64,000 nt of DNA from the human T2T-CHM13v2.0 reference genome, Homo sapiens. The stretch lies in NCBI RefSeq assembly GCF_009914755.1, contig NC_060927.1. One strand, written 5' to 3'. Of this stretch, positions 42,567-59,380 are shown one piece after another (the first letter of the stretch is position 1; each line of letters opens with the position of its first letter). The position numbers and the translations under genes are program-made. Below the pieces are notes generated by a model that saw only the letters and a list, made by a program, of their open reading frames with translations, was not told the DNA's origin and ran no database searches.

Positions 42567-42742
42567 AGCCGGGCGTGGTGGCGGGTGCCTGTAGTCCCAG
42601 CTACTGGGAGGCGGAGGCAGGAGAATGGTGTAGACCCTGGAGGCAGAGCTTGCAGTGAGCCGAGATGGTGCCACTGCACTCCAGCCTGGGCTACAGAGCC
42701 AGACTCTGAGACTCCGTATCAAAAAAAAAAAGAAAAAAAAAA
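42567..42742 (+). mobile_element. AluY-like right monomer (5'-truncated)
   Basis: tagccgggcgtggtggcgggtgcctgtagtcccagc...gagcttgcagtgagccgag...poly-A. Confidence 0.9.
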
Positions 42743-43009
42743 TCCGTGGTACTCTGCATATCACTCCCTCCCTCTATCACTATCACTACACATCTATCAC
42801 TCCCTCCGTCTCCTCAAACCCCTGGCAACCACTGATCTATTTATTGTCTCTATAGTCTTGCTTTTTCCAAAATGTGATATAGTTGGCTCACACAGTATGA
42901 ATATGTAGCTTTTTTGGATTGGTTTCTTTAACTTTGCAATATGCTTTTAACGTTCCTTCATGTATTTCAGTGGCTTAATAGCTCATTTCTTTTTTATTGC
43001 TTTTGTTGG

Positions 43010-43244
<235 letters not shown>

Positions 43245-45769
43245 CTAATTAGTTGCTTCTAATTTGGTGCAGACTTTTCAGACCTTTTCTCTGTTTTTAG
43301 CATAAAATGCAGTTGTAAATAGGAAAAGTGATAGTATATATCATTATTATTTTGTTCTTGAATTTAAAAAGAATGTCTATACTTCACCCACATACAAATG
43401 TTGGCTTTGTGCATATGAGTGTTAACCATCATTCTTCACACTTTTCTGTATTCTTAAAACTGCATACAGTCAAAAAATACATAATATATGTTGTTAAAGA
43501 TCAAGGAGAGGAGAGTCCCAGGAACCAGCTATATTTCTTTATTCAAATCTTTTAAATATATCAAAAAAGTTTTTTTATTTCCTTTTCAAAGATTCTACAA
43601 AATTTACCTCTTTGAATACTCATTTACATATTTGAATTTTGTTTTATTTTACCATTTCACATATTTGTTATTTTTTAAAAAAGAACTTTAAATGCTTATC
43701 AGAGCAAGGTAATGTACAAATTCATGTTTTTCATTGTGACTTTGTAAGGTATCTAGTTTTCATTGTTATTGAACATAATTGATTTTTGTGTGTATATAAT
43801 GTATTTACATGTATATCTGTGTGTATATTTATACGTACATTCACATAAAATTTTTCTAGTCACTTTCTCAAGTATTTCCATTAATTCTACATGCCCCCCT
43901 TTTTAATTCCTGCACCATGATATTTATCTGGTTAAAAGCCTGATAGCACATTTTCTCTATAGAAAATATATCTTTAGAAGCTTCGAGTTCCCAAAATGAT
44001 CTGTATAGCATTATCTTTTACTTTGCTTAATGTAATGTTTATTTTTCCATGTATTTAATTTTTTCTATTAAGCGTGTAATACATTAATTAAGGTGAGTTA
44101 AAAATCTTCTAATTTTTTCTTTTCTGTGTATTTCACATCATTTTGTTGCTGTTATTTTGTACACGTAAGATTATCAGTTATATACTCATTATAATTTATA
44201 CATTTTATCATATTGTCATGATCCTCTCCACTCATACTATCTTTTCTTTTAATTTTACTCTGCCATTTTTGCTAACTCATTTTACTTTTGGTCTACTTTC
44301 AGCAGATATCCTCAGAGCAACAAATCACTAGGCCTTTTAAATAAAAAACAGTCTAAGATTCTGTGTGTTTTATGTATGAATATCAAATATTTATATTACT
44401 TGCATCTGTCTTATGCCTTTTTTGGAGAAGTACATTTCCTTTTTCTTTTTCTATTTCCATTGTCTTTTGTATTTTTAGTATAATTAGAAAAAGCAAATGT
44501 CTTCTTTCTACCCTTAATCCTAATTGTACCACTCTTATTTTATAATTGAATTCACAGAATTATTTACTTATTTGTAAATTGGGTAAGTGATTTCAATATT
44601 CTTTGTATGTATTTTCCACAATAGCTACAAAATTCAACCCTTTTAAAAAATTAATCATTGAACATCTGAATATCATCATCATTAAAGGTAAAGTTTTTGG
44701 AAGACAAATCTGAAATATACTAGGCTGTATTTCACATAGTAATAGCATTTCAACTGGGTGTGACATACCTGCATCACATCTTCTTCCTAGAAAACATTTG
44801 AAATACTGCTCTGCTATCTTTTGATTGTGATAGTATGATAAAGAAATAGGAGTTACCCAGATTTTAATTCCTCTGATAATTTATCTTTAATTTTGAGATG
44901 GGAAGAGCAAAAGAAAATTTCTATACTATGAAATATATAAAATAGCCAGAGTATATCTTATAGAGTGTTTTTGCTTCTTTTATTTATCTGAAATAAAGTG
45001 AGACACTGTTGTCTCCTACCTCAGCTATTAACATCTGTATTTCTTTATCTTGTATGCCATTGATTAACAGTCTGTTTTGTTATTCAGAAACTTCTATTTT
45101 CCATGTCTGCTCTGACATCTCTCACATTCCCTTTCATCTTTCAGCTCTTTTCTTATGTCCCACCATGTTCCACCAGTCTGACTTTCTGCAGCACTGAATT
45201 TGCTGTCTAATGTTTTCAGAAATTATGTGAATTGGTCAACAGCAGAATTCTACCTTTTTCTTCCACAACTCTCATATTCTCTTTTATCAATGAAAATAGA
45301 TAGCTGTTATTTTCTAAAAACCATTATGAGTCTCTCCTGCACAAAATCCATTTCAAGTCTTATTATCTGAATATTAGGAAAATTATCTCAGGAAGTACAA
45401 GGAAACAAAAAAAAGTCAATTATCTCGTTCCAGTCATAAGTAAATACAAATGAGAAAGGAAAAGAGGAAAATAAGCAAACAAAGAGGCTGATCATTTTCT
45501 CTTGTATACATCTTGTATGCATTATTATAAAGTTACTATTTTTAATTCAATTAAATTTAATTCAGTGGGCATGTCACTGAAGGATAGGCACACTCTCAGT
45601 GCTGAAAATCAAGTCTAAGTCCTAACCACTTCTAGATTTTATCTACAGATTAGGCATTGGAATGATTTATCCCATCCCATCATGCAATACTAGGTTTATA
45701 CACAGAAGTTCAGAGCCAGAGTTTTGATGGGCCTGCCCTCAATTCTTTCTCCATTGAGGAAGAAGTAGT

Positions 45770-46085
45770 GTGTTTGTTTTATATTTCACAATTATTCACT
45801 CTCCCACCATATTTCCTATAAGAAGTTTCCACATCCTTGCCATTGCCATGTGACTTACTTTGGTCAATGAAATGTGCTCAGTGACTCACATACACCCTGA
45901 CTGGGCAGAAGTTGTAAAAGGCCTTGTAAGTCTCCACCATTCGAATGGTACATCCCAGACAGATGTTGCTCCTTCAGCCTGGAATCCAGAAGAAGACATG
46001 TGGAACAGAACTATAGCCAGGGGCAGAGAACAGCCTGGAGCCACTGAGATCTAGGGGTGTGTGTTAGCAGAGCAAAGCTGACCAG
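45770..46085 (+). mobile_element. Old MLT1 LTR
   Basis: gccatgtgacttactttggtcaatgaaatgtg...ccttcagcctgg...agccactgagatctagggg. Confidence 0.65.
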
Positions 46086-46104
46086 CACTGTTAGGTTTGG
46101 AGTT

Positions 46105-46565
46105 GTATTCGTTTGCTAGGGTTAACATAAAAGGTTCCACAAACTGGGTGGCTTAAACAAGAAAAAATTGTTTCTCACCCTTCTAGAGGCCAGAAATCTG
46201 AGATCAAGGTGATCAAGTATCAGCAGGATTGATTCCTTTTGAGAGCTGTGAAGGAGAACTCTGTTCCGTGCCTCTTCCTTAGCTCCTGGTGGTTTGCTAG
46301 AAATTTTTGACCGCCTTTGCTTGTAGATGTATCACCCTGAGCTCCGCTTTCACATTCACCTGGAATTCTGTCTGCATGTCTATCTCTGTGTTCAATTTCC
46401 CCTTTTACTAGGACACCGGTCCTACTGGACTACAGTCCACCCTAACGACTTCATCTTAACTTGATCATCTGCAAAGATCTTATTTCTAAGTAAGGTCATA
46501 TTCACAGGTACAAAATGTTAGGATTTCAACATCCTTTTAAAGGATATAATTCAACATCCAGCACA
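46105..46565 (-). mobile_element. MLT1 MaLR LTR
   Basis: tgtattcgtttgctaggg...cacaaactgggtggcttaaacaa...taaggtcatattcacaggtac. Confidence 0.85.
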
Positions 46566-47009
46566 GGAGGACATCAGATTAACAAGAGTCCAAGTAAGGA
46601 TCTTCAACTTTAGCCAGCAGCAACCTTCTCATACCTATGTTTTAGTCAAGCAGTACCAAGTTTGGGGCTGGAGAGCAGCAGGTTAGCTATTACAAATATT
46701 TTTACCAGTGAAGTAATTTTTTTCTGGATAAATGATTGCCTATGCTTTTCCTTGAGAAATTAGAAGGGAAAAATCTACTGGTGCTTTTCCTAATTCAACT
46801 ATCTTTCTAGACATCATCCAATAGAGATTATTGTCAGGAACAATTTTCTGTAGACATCAATCAAATTAAAAAGAAGTAATAGCAAACATAATGGTATAAT
46901 TTCTACTTTCAAATATCTAGTAGGAATGTTTAAGATAGCCATCAATGATCATTATGAAGTAACTTTTAGTAACTGAGCCAACATTTCATAATGCCCTGCA
47001 TTCATTCAT

Positions 47010-47010
<1 letters not shown>

Positions 47011-47044
<34 letters not shown>
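47011..47044 (+). repeat. (CA)17 microsatellite
   Basis: Read directly from the sequence. Confidence 0.97.
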
Positions 47045-47046
<2 letters not shown>

Positions 47047-48940
47047 CATTGAATTAGTGGTGGTAGTCAACCCAAATTAAGTAGAAGTCTGTATTAACTT
47101 ATAGCTTTGGTGCCAGCTAAAGGTAATAATAACAGAAACCCTCAAAGTTATCAATTTTCTGTTTTATTTTTATTTGGCATGTATTCTTTATTTTCTGCCT
47201 GCATTTCCAAAGTTTCATTACATTAGACTCATATTTAATAAGACTGAAATTTTAGTGGTTGTAGAAGCAAATGGTTGTAGAGTAGTAAGTGAATAAATTG
47301 ATATAAGATCAGTTTTCTAAAGCATGTGATTTTCAGCTTAATCAATTATTATTCTCTGTGTCCACATTAATTTCTAGGCCTATTATTATTAAAACACTCC
47401 TGATTAAATAAATTGAGCTGATACTTATACAAATACTAATTATGGTTTAAGCCAAATTTATATAAACATTTCTACTGGGTTTACACATACTACATTATAT
47501 GGAATATTCTGACATCAAATTTGTATTCTACTATTAAATATAACTCAATTTTAAAATACTTCGCACTGGTCTGAAATCACAGGAACTGTTAACTCTGCCA
47601 TGGTTAAGTGAAATGTATTATGCCATTTACGTGGTTTCCACAGCTATGGGACCTAGCAGATAATTAGGTGTTAGAAAAAATCAGAGACTTAGTTCCAAGG
47701 CGCCTCTTCTACTGTGCAGAAAGATTGGCAGCACCAATTCCATTAGCCAGAGGCCACATTAAGTCTGAAATTTCAAATGCAGTCAGGGTGGCTGTGTCTC
47801 CAGTGGTTGTAAATGGTCATTGACATTCAGACAGATAGTCATATTTTTAGCATTTATTTACCTTTCTTTATTCTTTACCTTCAATATGACTGTCATTGCT
47901 CAAAGCAGCTAGGAAAACAAAAGGGATGGGGATAAAGAGTGATAATGCTTCAGCAAGAATGAGGGCTGAGCAATCAAGCATGACTGTACGTAATGTCTAA
48001 AAGGTTACAATGCAGTTATCTTTCAGGATTATTTTCTGTATATACCAAATTGATTGTCATGTCATTGAGTAGAATTTTCATTTATTTTATTATTTTTTTC
48101 TCAAGCTGCTACATGAACCCAATATTTTATATCCATCTTATAACCAGGAGAGAGTTTCATTTGTCAGGGATAGTATAAGAAATAAAAGATGGATAAAGAT
48201 TCAGAAGCAAAATAAAAAAGAAAGGAAGATGAAAACAAACTCAGGATTCGGAATCCCGGCAATGCAAACCAATATAAAGGAGATTGTGGGGGTGACCATG
48301 AGGGCAAATACTGGAACTCAATCTGAGACAAAATTTCCTCATATGCCTTCTGGAGATCCAAATACAATCTGTCAAAATTATATTATTAAAATGAGATAAA
48401 TGCCTTATGTAAACAGGATGAAAGTGGCTCATACAAATGGGGAAGCAAAGCAGAGAATGGTGTACAGAATCTTGGTGAATGTCTGCTGTCTCCAGGATGA
48501 TGTCATGGCTATAAAATAAAATTTATTGTGATACTGTTTCAATGAGATTAAGGAGTCTAGCGCGAGTTCAGAGCACCCTCTGGCCTGCTGAGTTTGTCTG
48601 TAATGTATGGTTAAGAGTCATACAAGAAATGCTAGAGCTATCACGTTGGTTGTGAACCATCAAAAGTTTCTGTGGATTATATTAATGTTGAATGGATAGA
48701 CATACCCCTTTGGGGTGGCAGCAACAAAGCTACAGCAATGAAGGAAGAAGCCTGTCCACATACATGTCTCCTAAGACCATCTCTATGTGGCTCTGAATCT
48801 TAGTCAGGCACTGGTATTCATGAGCACCTGGATGAATGCTCACTAGAGACCTTCCTGGGCAAGACTGCCTTACTCATTCCCAAATAATGCAGCCTGGGAA
48901 ACAAGACACCTAACTGCTTATTTCAGGAACCCATCAAATC

Positions 48941-49327
48941 CAGATCCTCCTCAACTTACAATGGAGTTAAGTTGTGATAAACTCATTGTAATTCATGATA
49001 AACTCATTGGAAATTGAAAATACTGTAAGTTGAAAATGCATTTAATATGCCTAACCTACCAAACATCATAATTCAGCCTTGCCTACCTTAAACATGCTCA
49101 GAACACTTGCATTTCCTACAGTTGGGCAAAACCATCCAGCACAAAGCTTATTTTATAATGAAGTATTGAGTTATCTTGTGTAATTTATTGAATATTATAC
49201 TGAAAGTAATAAACAGGATGGTTGTAGGGGTGCTTGAAATACAGTTTCTACTAAATATATATTACTTTCACACCATCGTAAAGTCAAAAAGTCATAAGTC
49301 GAGCCATCATAAGCCAGGGACCATCTG
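48941..49327. mobile_element. MER47A-type Tigger MITE
   Basis: TIRs cagatcctcctcaacttacaatgg ... ccatcataagccagggaccatctg followed by TA. Confidence 0.85.
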
Positions 49328-50714
49328 TATGCAATAGAGAACACTCAAAAACTTCCAATACCTTTTTGGCATCATGCAGACAAGTTGAATAGACTGAACA
49401 TGGCCTAGGTATTTCATTTTTTGGCATCCAAATTTAATTTCTCAAGGTTGATACCCCGGTAGTTCTATCATATTTGCTACAGAGATACTCAAACCAGAGA
49501 TCTACATTAGTTTGCATTTATCAGGTACATGAGCATATTATCAATATGGAGGACAGTTGTGCTTAATTTCCTTTATTCATTACCCACTGGGAGATGGTGG
49601 AGTCACTGTGTAGGCCAAAAATAATAATACTTCGTGACTAGGCTTGTCTCCATTTGGAAGAAACTTCTTTAATTCAGGGTCACTGGACTACACAGAAAAG
49701 GTTTTAGTCACACTCCTGATCTAGCTTCATGAAGTCATTTGTTCCACCAAGTTTGTCAGGAAGCTTGATAGTAGATTTCTTGAATGATGATTGAGATGAG
49801 ACTGGCATAATCTCAACATATTTAGTCCATCATTCTTCTAGTTATTATGTTTGTATGTTTGTAATCTGTGGAATTTTGGGAACTTAGATGTAGTTTCAGA
49901 AAATGGGGACTTGGTGAGATCTTGGGCTCTATAGCTTCAATTATGGAATTTATTGGCATTCATCTTACAAACAGAACATTTGTTCAGGGTATCAGCCTGA
50001 GATACGATTCTATTGCAGGGCAGACAGGTGGACAGGTATAGGTAATGTAGGCAGCAAAACTGAAGTCAAGAATAATGCATGGGTCTTCTAAATAATAATG
50101 AGACAGTATATCCGCAAGCAAAAGCTCTATGAGTGAGAGGTAACATGGTCAGTAGATGCTGAGCAGCAAGAGCTTATCGATGTGATAGAGGGTCACTTGT
50201 GTGATATTTTGGGTAATGATTCCAGCATGAGATCTGCAGTGTAAGATTTCATAGAAGAAGCTTTGAACATGATGGGGAGCAGGTAGACATGCTAATGCCC
50301 CTCCTTAGGAGTTAGTACAACTACCCTGCAAATGTATAAAAATGGCTCCAGGTGGGGGAAGAGTGGGACTGCAGAATGAGCTCTAGACTAGACCAGTTCT
50401 GTATTGCGTGGATTTTTATTTTTCTATAGTGAGGGAAGTACCTCTTGAACCATACAATCTGCCTTACCACAAATTGCATATAGGTGTCCTCCGTTGATTT
50501 GCCATCACTTGCAGTGGGCATACCTTATAAATGCCAACAGGGAGAAGGAATGTGTGTTCTACTCCATCTCCCTTGGATAGGAATTTGCCACACCTTCATG
50601 TTCCTGGCAACCGAACCACACACTTCTGACTGTCCTTCACAGGAGGGTGGGCAGTCCCTATCCAGGCTCCTACCTAGCTTCTCATTCCTGTCAGTTCAGA
50701 AAACCTGGAGGTTA

Positions 50715-50975
50715 ATAATAGCAGTAAGAGCAATACTTATAATAAAAGCAATACCTGTTATTGGAAGCTTACTATGTACCATACCAATCACTGTGCTAAG
50801 AGCTTCACATATATTTTCTTACTTAATGATCACAAAAATATTTCATGAAATTAAATACAATTGTAATCTCAGGAATATGAGACTTAGTGAAACAACTTCC
50901 CTGAAGTCTCACATCTAGTAAATAGTAGGAAAGAATCGAAACTCAGTTCTGTCAGATGCCAAAGGCCACAGTCTC
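50715..50975 (-). mobile_element. MIR SINE
   Basis: gcttactatgtacc...actgtgctaagagcttcacatatatt...gaaactcagttctgtcagatgccaaag. Confidence 0.7.
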
Positions 50976-52243
50976 AAACATGCTCAGGAGATATATACAC
51001 ACACACAAACATACGTTTCTGCATATACATATATACATACACAGACGAGAGAGAGATTATTCTTAGAAAAGGGATTTTGCATGGCTCTCTAATTACCTAC
51101 TAAATGTCAAATCTCCCCTTCTCCTTTATTAACCAAAACCTTGATTTTGGTGGAGTGCCAATTTGTCCAACTAAAAATCTTCCTTTTCCAGCCATTCTTG
51201 TAGCTGTAGATGATCCTGTGACCCAGTTGTGACAAAGGAAACATAATTGGGAATCTGATAGAAATTTCTCCATGAGTTTTTCACACTCCTATAATAGTTC
51301 CTGCCCCTTCCTCTTTCCTGTTTCTATTTTCATTCAGGCTAGGATATGAACCTGATGCTTGGAGGTATAGAACCATTCAGAGACCCACACACTAAGGATA
51401 GTAGAGTAGGAAAATGGAAGAAATCTGAATCTTAATGACATCACAGCATCACTGAATTTTTATCTATTTATGGCTGAGTACATTCCTTACTGATATGAAT
51501 ATTAATAAATACTAGTTATGTATCTTATAGTTCAAATTTTGTGAATTAAAAGCTCTTCGATCTTAATTCTTATTATACTGGGGTCATCTTTGGTAGTGGG
51601 CACCTCTAGAATACACAATAGCCCTCACAAACTTCAAAACTTTTCTATATAGGTCTCATTGCAGTTAAAACACCCACACAATTTCGCACAAAAGACTTCC
51701 ATGTTCCAGGCACTTAACAGCATTGGTGCTACAACTTGATTAGTTTAAGTAAATTATGGGGGTGGGGAGATTATGATAGCTTCTACTGCATTCCAGCCAA
51801 TTTGCACATTTTCCTAGAATTATTTTAAATGTTGTTATCACCCAAACACCTGCTGCTATGTAGGCAGGGAAGCAAGGCAAAAACAAGTGAGGAAGCTAAA
51901 CATACTAAATTAAAAGCAAATATGCACAATCCCTAAATACGGGATACAAATCATAGCTTTTAAATTTGAAGGGCAGTACACTTGGTTACTAACCAGTCTC
52001 TAAGTCTCTATAAGTACTCAGACCCAGATGAGAAGAAAAAAATAATCCTGATAGTTTCTGTATTGTTTTCTCTTATTTTCACTCTATGCTTTCTATAGAA
52101 TGAAAACATTTTAAAGGGTTCATTCTTATTGCCTTTCTTCTTTTTTCAGAAAACTCAGCTGTGACTGACGTTATAGCCAAAATTTTGCCCAAAACATCTA
52201 TTAAGCTTCTTTACTCAAAAGCAACACAAATACAAAATCATAG

Positions 52244-52609
52244 TGTATTAGCCTGTTCTCATGCTACTATAAAGAACTGCCAGAGACTGGGTAATTTATA
52301 AAGGAAAGGGTTTAGTTGACTCAGAGTTCCACATGGCTGGGAAGGCATCAGGAAACTTGCAATCATGGTAGAAGGGGAAGCAAACATGTCCTTCTTCACA
52401 TGGCAGCAGAAGAGAGAAGGAGTGCCAGCAGGCAAAAATAAAACCATCAAATCTCATAAGAACTCACTCGCTATCACGACAACGGCATGGGGGAAACCCG
52501 GCTCCATGATTCAATTACCTCCCACTAGGTGCCTCCCACAATATGTGAGGATTATGGGGATTATAATTCAAGATGAGATTTTCGCTGGGGACACAGCCAA
52601 ACCATATCA
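52244..52609 (-). mobile_element. THE1 (THE1C-like) MaLR solo LTR with 5-bp TSD
   Basis: tgtattagcctgttctcatgct...acacagccaaaccatatca flanked by CATAG at 52239-52243 and 52610-52614. Confidence 0.92.
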
Positions 52610-53939
52610 CATAGGTAGTAAGGAAAAATGATATTAAACATAACTTTATGTGATTTAAACATTAAAAATTGTTGATTTTTTAAAATTTGATGATTCAATG
52701 GAAGGAGGTGGGAAGTGGGGAGAACGACTTAGAGCTTCCAACATGAAGAATTTAAGGCTGGTTCTTAGAATAAATATCACATCTCCAAAGTTCTTTTGTA
52801 ACTCCTAACACTGGCCACTTCCTTCTTATTTGAGTTTGGGAGAAAGGAATCAAAGGAGAAAGAAACCAAAATCCAAACTTCAGTTTCTTCATGACCACCC
52901 TTTAAATAGTGATAGGGAATTTTATTAATTACTATGCCAAGGTCAAGTTGGTGCCTGATTATTTCAAAAAGGCCAACAGAGCAGGGAACAGGACCATCTT
53001 CTCAAAGGTCATGCACAGCTATTCTGGGAGATTGTGTTGCATGTGGTATGCAACTGGGGAAGAGGAAGTCAGTAGGATGCTGGGAGGTGCTGACAGGGCA
53101 ATAAGAACGAAAGTAAAGGTAAAACATTTTCACCTGTTGCCATAAGCAGAAAAAACACACAAGGACAGAGAATCATCTATGGAGTATTTTTTTTCAATTT
53201 TTATTATACATTTATAGAATGCTTGCTGTATTGGATAAAAATGCTATACTGCCGCTTGAACCTACAATAAATATTGACAATATTTTTTAAAGCATATAAT
53301 AGTGGAAAGGTATTTTTGAATGAAACTTGAATCATCAAGTGGCTGGGATTATATTGGTTATATATTGGTGGCTACTGTGCAGGTCGTATGAACTTAAGCA
53401 TGGAGCTTGTCTGCCCTGTGAAGAAACGCAATAACAAAAATCCAAGCCCAGTAGTGTTGCATTCTCCATGCCAACTCAACTCCTAGGAGAATGGTGTCAA
53501 TGACTCACAAGGCACCAAATGTGGTTCTTTGAAAATCATTGCAAACCCAGAGGGACAAGTTGGGGAAAAATACCATTATAAATTGTATGTTCTAGGCAGA
53601 AAATCAGATGTAGGCAGCATTATATAAATCCTCTAAATTTAGGAAATCTAAAAACTTGCTTATGAAATCACCTCCTGGAAACTGGTTTTTACCTACATGT
53701 AATGATCTCTCTATTTCTTACGATTTTTGTTTAGTTTTGTTTTTCTGGAAGAATTGAGGGAGTAAGTGCAGATATCCTGGGACTGGATCCAATCTTTTAC
53801 CCTTCTGAGCATACTAAGACCTGCTATTTTGAACTTGTTTTTTATTTACAATTAAGGAGACCTTTGAATTACAGATCCAGTCTACTGTCTACCAGAAATT
53901 AGAGAAAAACACTTTGAGGCATGGTTAGAAAATGTCATA

Positions 53940-54466
53940 GGGCCAATAACAAGCCCATGATCCCTGCTTTCTTTGTATCCTTGTGTAATGTTCTCTCCTT
54001 GAGTGTGGACTGAGCCTAGGGACTCCCTTCTACTGAATAGAATATGACAAAGTAACGTGGTGTCAATTTTGAAGTTGGGTTACAAAAAGACAATGGCTTC
54101 CATCTTCGGAAGCCTCTCCTACTGTTGTGTTCACTTGGTCTATGGGAAGCCGGCTGCCATTATATGAACAGCTTTATGATGAGTCCTACATGATGAGGAA
54201 TTCCTATCTCCAATCAACATCCAGGGAAGACCAGGGGTCTGCCCATAGCCATGTGAGAAGGTTGGGAGACAGATTTTCCTCCACTTAAGCCTAAGGACAG
54301 CAGCTTGGCTGACACCTGATTGCAGCTCAAAGGCAGATGCTTAGTCAGAGGCACCCAGCTAAGCTACACTTGACTCCCAGACCTTGGAAACTGTGACATA
54401 ATAAATGTTGTTTTAAGCTGCTCAGTTTTCAGGTAAGTTGTCATGCATCAAAAGGTAACTAATACA
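53940..54466 (+). mobile_element. MLT1 MaLR LTR
   Basis: ccttgagtgtggactg...cacccagctaagc...ataaatgttgttttaagctgctcagttt...taactaataca. Confidence 0.8.
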
Positions 54467-54777
54467 ATTTTTATGGATTCAAAGCCTCAAAGGCTGACAT
54501 ATGCTACAGAGAAGATAAGATTATACAGAGTCCAAATTCGGAGTTAATTATAGACTCAAATCTACTCACTTGGACTTCCAGTTCACTAGTGAGTTATATC
54601 TCCACCCTGAAGAATATACCCTACAAGGAAATAGTAGGGATTCAGGTCAAAGAGCCATTAGAACTGATTTGTCTTTAGTTCCTATGTAGTTCCTTTAATA
54701 GTGAGTTCTCCATCAGGAACATAGAACATGGCCTACAGAATGAGAGGTGCATGGTTCAAGTCCAGGAACAGAGGACA

Positions 54778-54962
54778 GCAGCTGGCTATAACTGGCTTGG
54801 ACAGTCTACTACGCATATTTCTCCCACCCTCATACTCAGTATAGTGAAGTTGGTAGCTTGAAATTGACTATGATGAAAGCATTTACACCAAGAAAACTGG
54901 CAAATGCTACAAATCAAATTTTTTTTCAGAATCAACTATTGAACGTTTACCAGCACACCACT
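54778..54962. mobile_element. MER63-type hAT element
   Basis: gttggtagcttgaaattg...gcatttacacca...gcaaatgctacaaatc...tttaccagcacaccact. Confidence 0.75.
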
Positions 54963-55264
54963 ATTTATAACCAAGAACTACTGATTTTCGTAGACATTAT
55001 CACAGACCCAAGGAACTACCCAAATTTTATTTCTGGTGAAATGAATCAGGACTAAGGAAAAGAAAAAGGTGATCATGGTTGTCCTATGGAAAAGGGGAAA
55101 ATGAGTAGATGAGTTGGGATTGAACACATCAGTGCAGACATGGGGAGCCTAAGTTGATGCAAGTGTACCTCAGCCTCTTGAACTCAGATTCATATGAGCA
55201 AGATCCTAGTAGCTACTATTATAACCAATTCGTAGACATGGAAAGTAAGAACTAGTGTATCGCA

Positions 55265-55497
55265 GCTCCAAGAGAAAGAAAGAGAGAATAATTCACCTTT
55301 CCTTTGTTTTTATTCTAGCCCCCACCCAATTACATGGTGCCCCCACACAATGAGAGAAAATCTCCCTTAGTATAATCGGATTCACACGCGAATCTCCACT
55401 GGAAACATCCTCACAGACACAACAGAAAATAATGCTTCCTCAGTTCTCTAGGTACTTCTTAATCCAGTCAAGCTGACACCTAAAATTAACCATCACA
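55265..55497 (-). mobile_element. MLT2 (ERVL) LTR fragment
   Basis: ggaaacatcctcacagacac...aatccagtcaagctgacacctaaaattaaccatcaca. Confidence 0.8.
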
Positions 55498-55808
55498 ATG
55501 GCTAAGGTAAAAGATTCATTACTAAAACTGGGGAGACATCTGGGGACAAATTGAAGCAAAAATTAAAGAGTTCCATTCAAGATGTTTTATAGGAGCAATT
55601 GTAAAGCCCACTGCACAAGAAGTAAGCTATAAAAAATAACTCAACACAAAATATCTAATGTCTTTAGATTTCTATTTACTGGAAGTCAGAATGTAACACA
55701 ACGTCACATTCATCTCTGAAGCCATCAGAATGTGGAACACATTTTCTAAGGTTCATGGTTCCCACCATTTGGGGTCCTCACTAGTGAATTTGCATGAGGC
55801 AACAGTGA

Positions 55809-59380
<3,572 letters not shown>

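Larger units (their letters stand above)
41480..43000 (-). mobile_element. L1MC 3' fragment interrupted by an LTR12 and an Alu
   Basis: tttcccctattactaacatcttgcattggtg...; resumes gtttcactgccctaaaaat and cccctggcaaccactgatct. Confidence 0.8.

Noticed and set aside
50484-50918. 144-aa ORF
   Set aside because: GTG start, second half is MIR-derived, no recognisable protein.
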